DNA of 26,855 nucleotides from Actinomycetes bacterium (GTDB lineage Bacteria; Actinomycetota; Actinomycetes; JAHEKZ01): NCBI GenBank assembly GCA_045807485.1, contig JBJMHG010000143.1, positions 1 to 26,855 of the forward strand, read 5' to 3'. Shown piece by piece: positions 25,557 to 26,855 of this stretch (position 1 is its first letter; each line of letters starts with the position of its first letter). The notes under the pieces were generated by a model. It saw only the letters and a program-made list of their open reading frames with translations, ran no database searches and was not told where the DNA came from. The position numbers and the translations under genes were made by a program.

Positions 25557-26855
25557 GCAGCCGACGCGCCGTGGTCCCGGCAACGCCTTCGCCACTGAAA
25601 GAGCTGGGCAGAGTGCACTTGATAGGCGTTGCTGGTGCTGGCATGTCAGCGCTCACGCGAATGCTCTGTGCCCGCGGTGTACCGGTGACCGGAAGCGAGC
25701 TGCGCGAATCTCGCGTTGTCGCCTCGCTTCGAGCTCTTGGTGCCACCGTCCATATCGGTCAATCGCCGGAGTCCCTTCCTGCCACCGACACCGTGATCGT
25801 GTCCACTGCGATCGCTGACGCCAACCCTGAGCTGGTGGCTGCCCGGGCGCGAGGGATCCGCGTTCTGCACCGCGCGGAGGCGTTGGCCTATTGCATGCGC
25901 GGTTACAAGTCAGTCGTCGTTGCCGGGACTCATGGCAAGACAACGACGACATCGATGGCTGCAGTGGCTCTCCAGCACTGCTCGGTCGACCCTTCGTTCT
26001 ACATCGGCGCGCAGCTGAACGAAACCGGAACCAATGCGCACGCCGGTACGGGACAAGTGTTCCTTGCCGAGTCCGATGAAAGCGACGGTTCGTTCCTCGT
26101 GCTCGAGCCGCAGGTGGCCGTCATCACGAATGTGGAGGCGGACCATCTGGACTACTGGCGTGATGCCGCCGCGATCGAGGCCGGCTTCGAAGAGTTTGTC
26201 GCGCGAGTTCCGCAAAGCGGCCTCGTCATTGCTTGTTGTGATGATCCGGGAGCCGCACGAACCGCGGAGGCTGCGCGAAAGATCGGCCGCCGGGTGCTGA
26301 CGTACGGGGAAGCTGACGACGCCGACCTGCGGGTCACCGATGTCGCGCTCGATGCTCGTGGGGGGTGGTTCCAACCGGTCCTTAAGGGTCGTCGCCTCCC
26401 CGACGTCTCGCTGCAGGTGCTCGGCATGCACAACGTTCTGAATGCGGCAGCGGCGCTGGCCATCACGGTCGAGCTGGGCGTAGGAACAACGCAAGCGATC
26501 GAAGGTCTGGCGCTTTACAGCGGTGCGCGCCGCAGGTTCGAGTTCAAGGGTGAGGTCAACGGAGTTCGCCTGTACGACGACTACGCGCACCACCACAGCG
26601 AACTGCGCGCAACGCTCACGGCGGCGCGGCAGATCGTGGGCAAAGGCCGGTTGATCGTGGCGTTCCAGCCGTTGCGATACACGCGAACATTGCGGTTCCA
26701 CCGTGAGCTGGGGCAGGCGCTGGGGCTGGCCGACGACGTGGTGGTCATGGAGGTCTACGGGTCGAATGAGGAGCCCATACCCGGAGCCACCGGAGCCCTG
26801 GTGGCTGATGCGGTGCCACTGCCGCGCGAACACGTGGCATTTGAGCCGTCGTTCT
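25553..26855 (+). CDS. murC: UDP-MurNAc:L-Ala ligase MurC; partial, runs off the right edge
   Basis: Not in the ORF track (no stop in window). Manual translation from GTG 25553: VHLIGVAGAGMS, STAI..NPE, AGTHGKTTTTSM, ESDESDGSF, TNVEADHLD, RRFE, DDYAHHHSEL. Confidence 0.95.
   Translation, partial: MSSRRAVVPATPSPLKELGRVHLIGVAGAGMSALTRMLCARGVPVTGSELRESRVVASLRALGATVHIGQSPESLPATDTVIVSTAIADANPELVAARARGIRVLHRAEALAYCMRGYKSVVVAGTHGKTTTTSMAAVALQHCSVDPSFYIGAQLNETGTNAHAGTGQVFLAESDESDGSFLVLEPQVAVITNVEADHLDYWRDAAAIEAGFEEFVARVPQSGLVIACCDDPGAARTAEAARKIGRRVLTYGEADDADLRVTDVALDARGGWFQPVLKGRRLPDVSLQVLGMHNVLNAAAALAITVELGVGTTQAIEGLALYSGARRRFEFKGEVNGVRLYDDYAHHHSELRATLTAARQIVGKGRLIVAFQPLRYTRTLRFHRELGQALGLADDVVVMEVYGSNEEPIPGATGALVADAVPLPREHVAFEPSF

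Noticed and set aside
25553-25800. MurC N-terminal deviations (GVAGAGMS, GSE, GQ in place of GIGG, GSD, GH) as a sign of altered specificity or decay
   Set aside because: Mostly conservative changes; ATP-binding and downstream motifs are intact and the frame is open to the window edge.
13601-26855. Rearrangement or foreign insertion in the dcw cluster
   Set aside because: Gene order is canonical for Actinomycetota with tight start/stop overlaps; no integrase, transposase or flanking repeats were seen.

Overview
High-GC actinobacterial chromosomal window with four blocks. (1) 1-1952, minus strand: a coupled carotenoid-modification operon (CrtA-like monooxygenase, DUF4126 membrane protein, CruF-like hydratase running off the left edge). 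(2) 2004-8104, plus strand: a perfect actinobacterial LexA/SOS box inside a 36-bp palindrome, then DUF6504 - SAV_6107-type HEPN - DnaE2-like C-family polymerase - catalytically intact DinB. This is the most interesting block. It has no imuA or imuB, yet DinB (Y-family core, clamp motif, RecA-NT-like tail) plus the stand-alone DUF6504 protein (ImuB C-terminal-like by eye) together appear to recapitulate ImuB architecture. That suggests an alternative, split SOS mutasome with an extra HEPN-fold subunit (inference, untested). (3) 8297-13364: DUF3040, convergent with a MoxR AAA+ - DUF58 - transglutaminase operon. (4) 13533-26855: the dcw cluster (mraZ, rsmH, ftsL, ftsI, murE, murF, mraY, murD, ftsW, murG, partial murC), with MraZ GTGG boxes, an mraW RNA motif hairpin and a candidate 73-aa membrane micro-protein coupled to rsmH. 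No rRNA, tRNA, CRISPR or mobile element was seen. Family names come from motif recognition by eye; no database searches were run.
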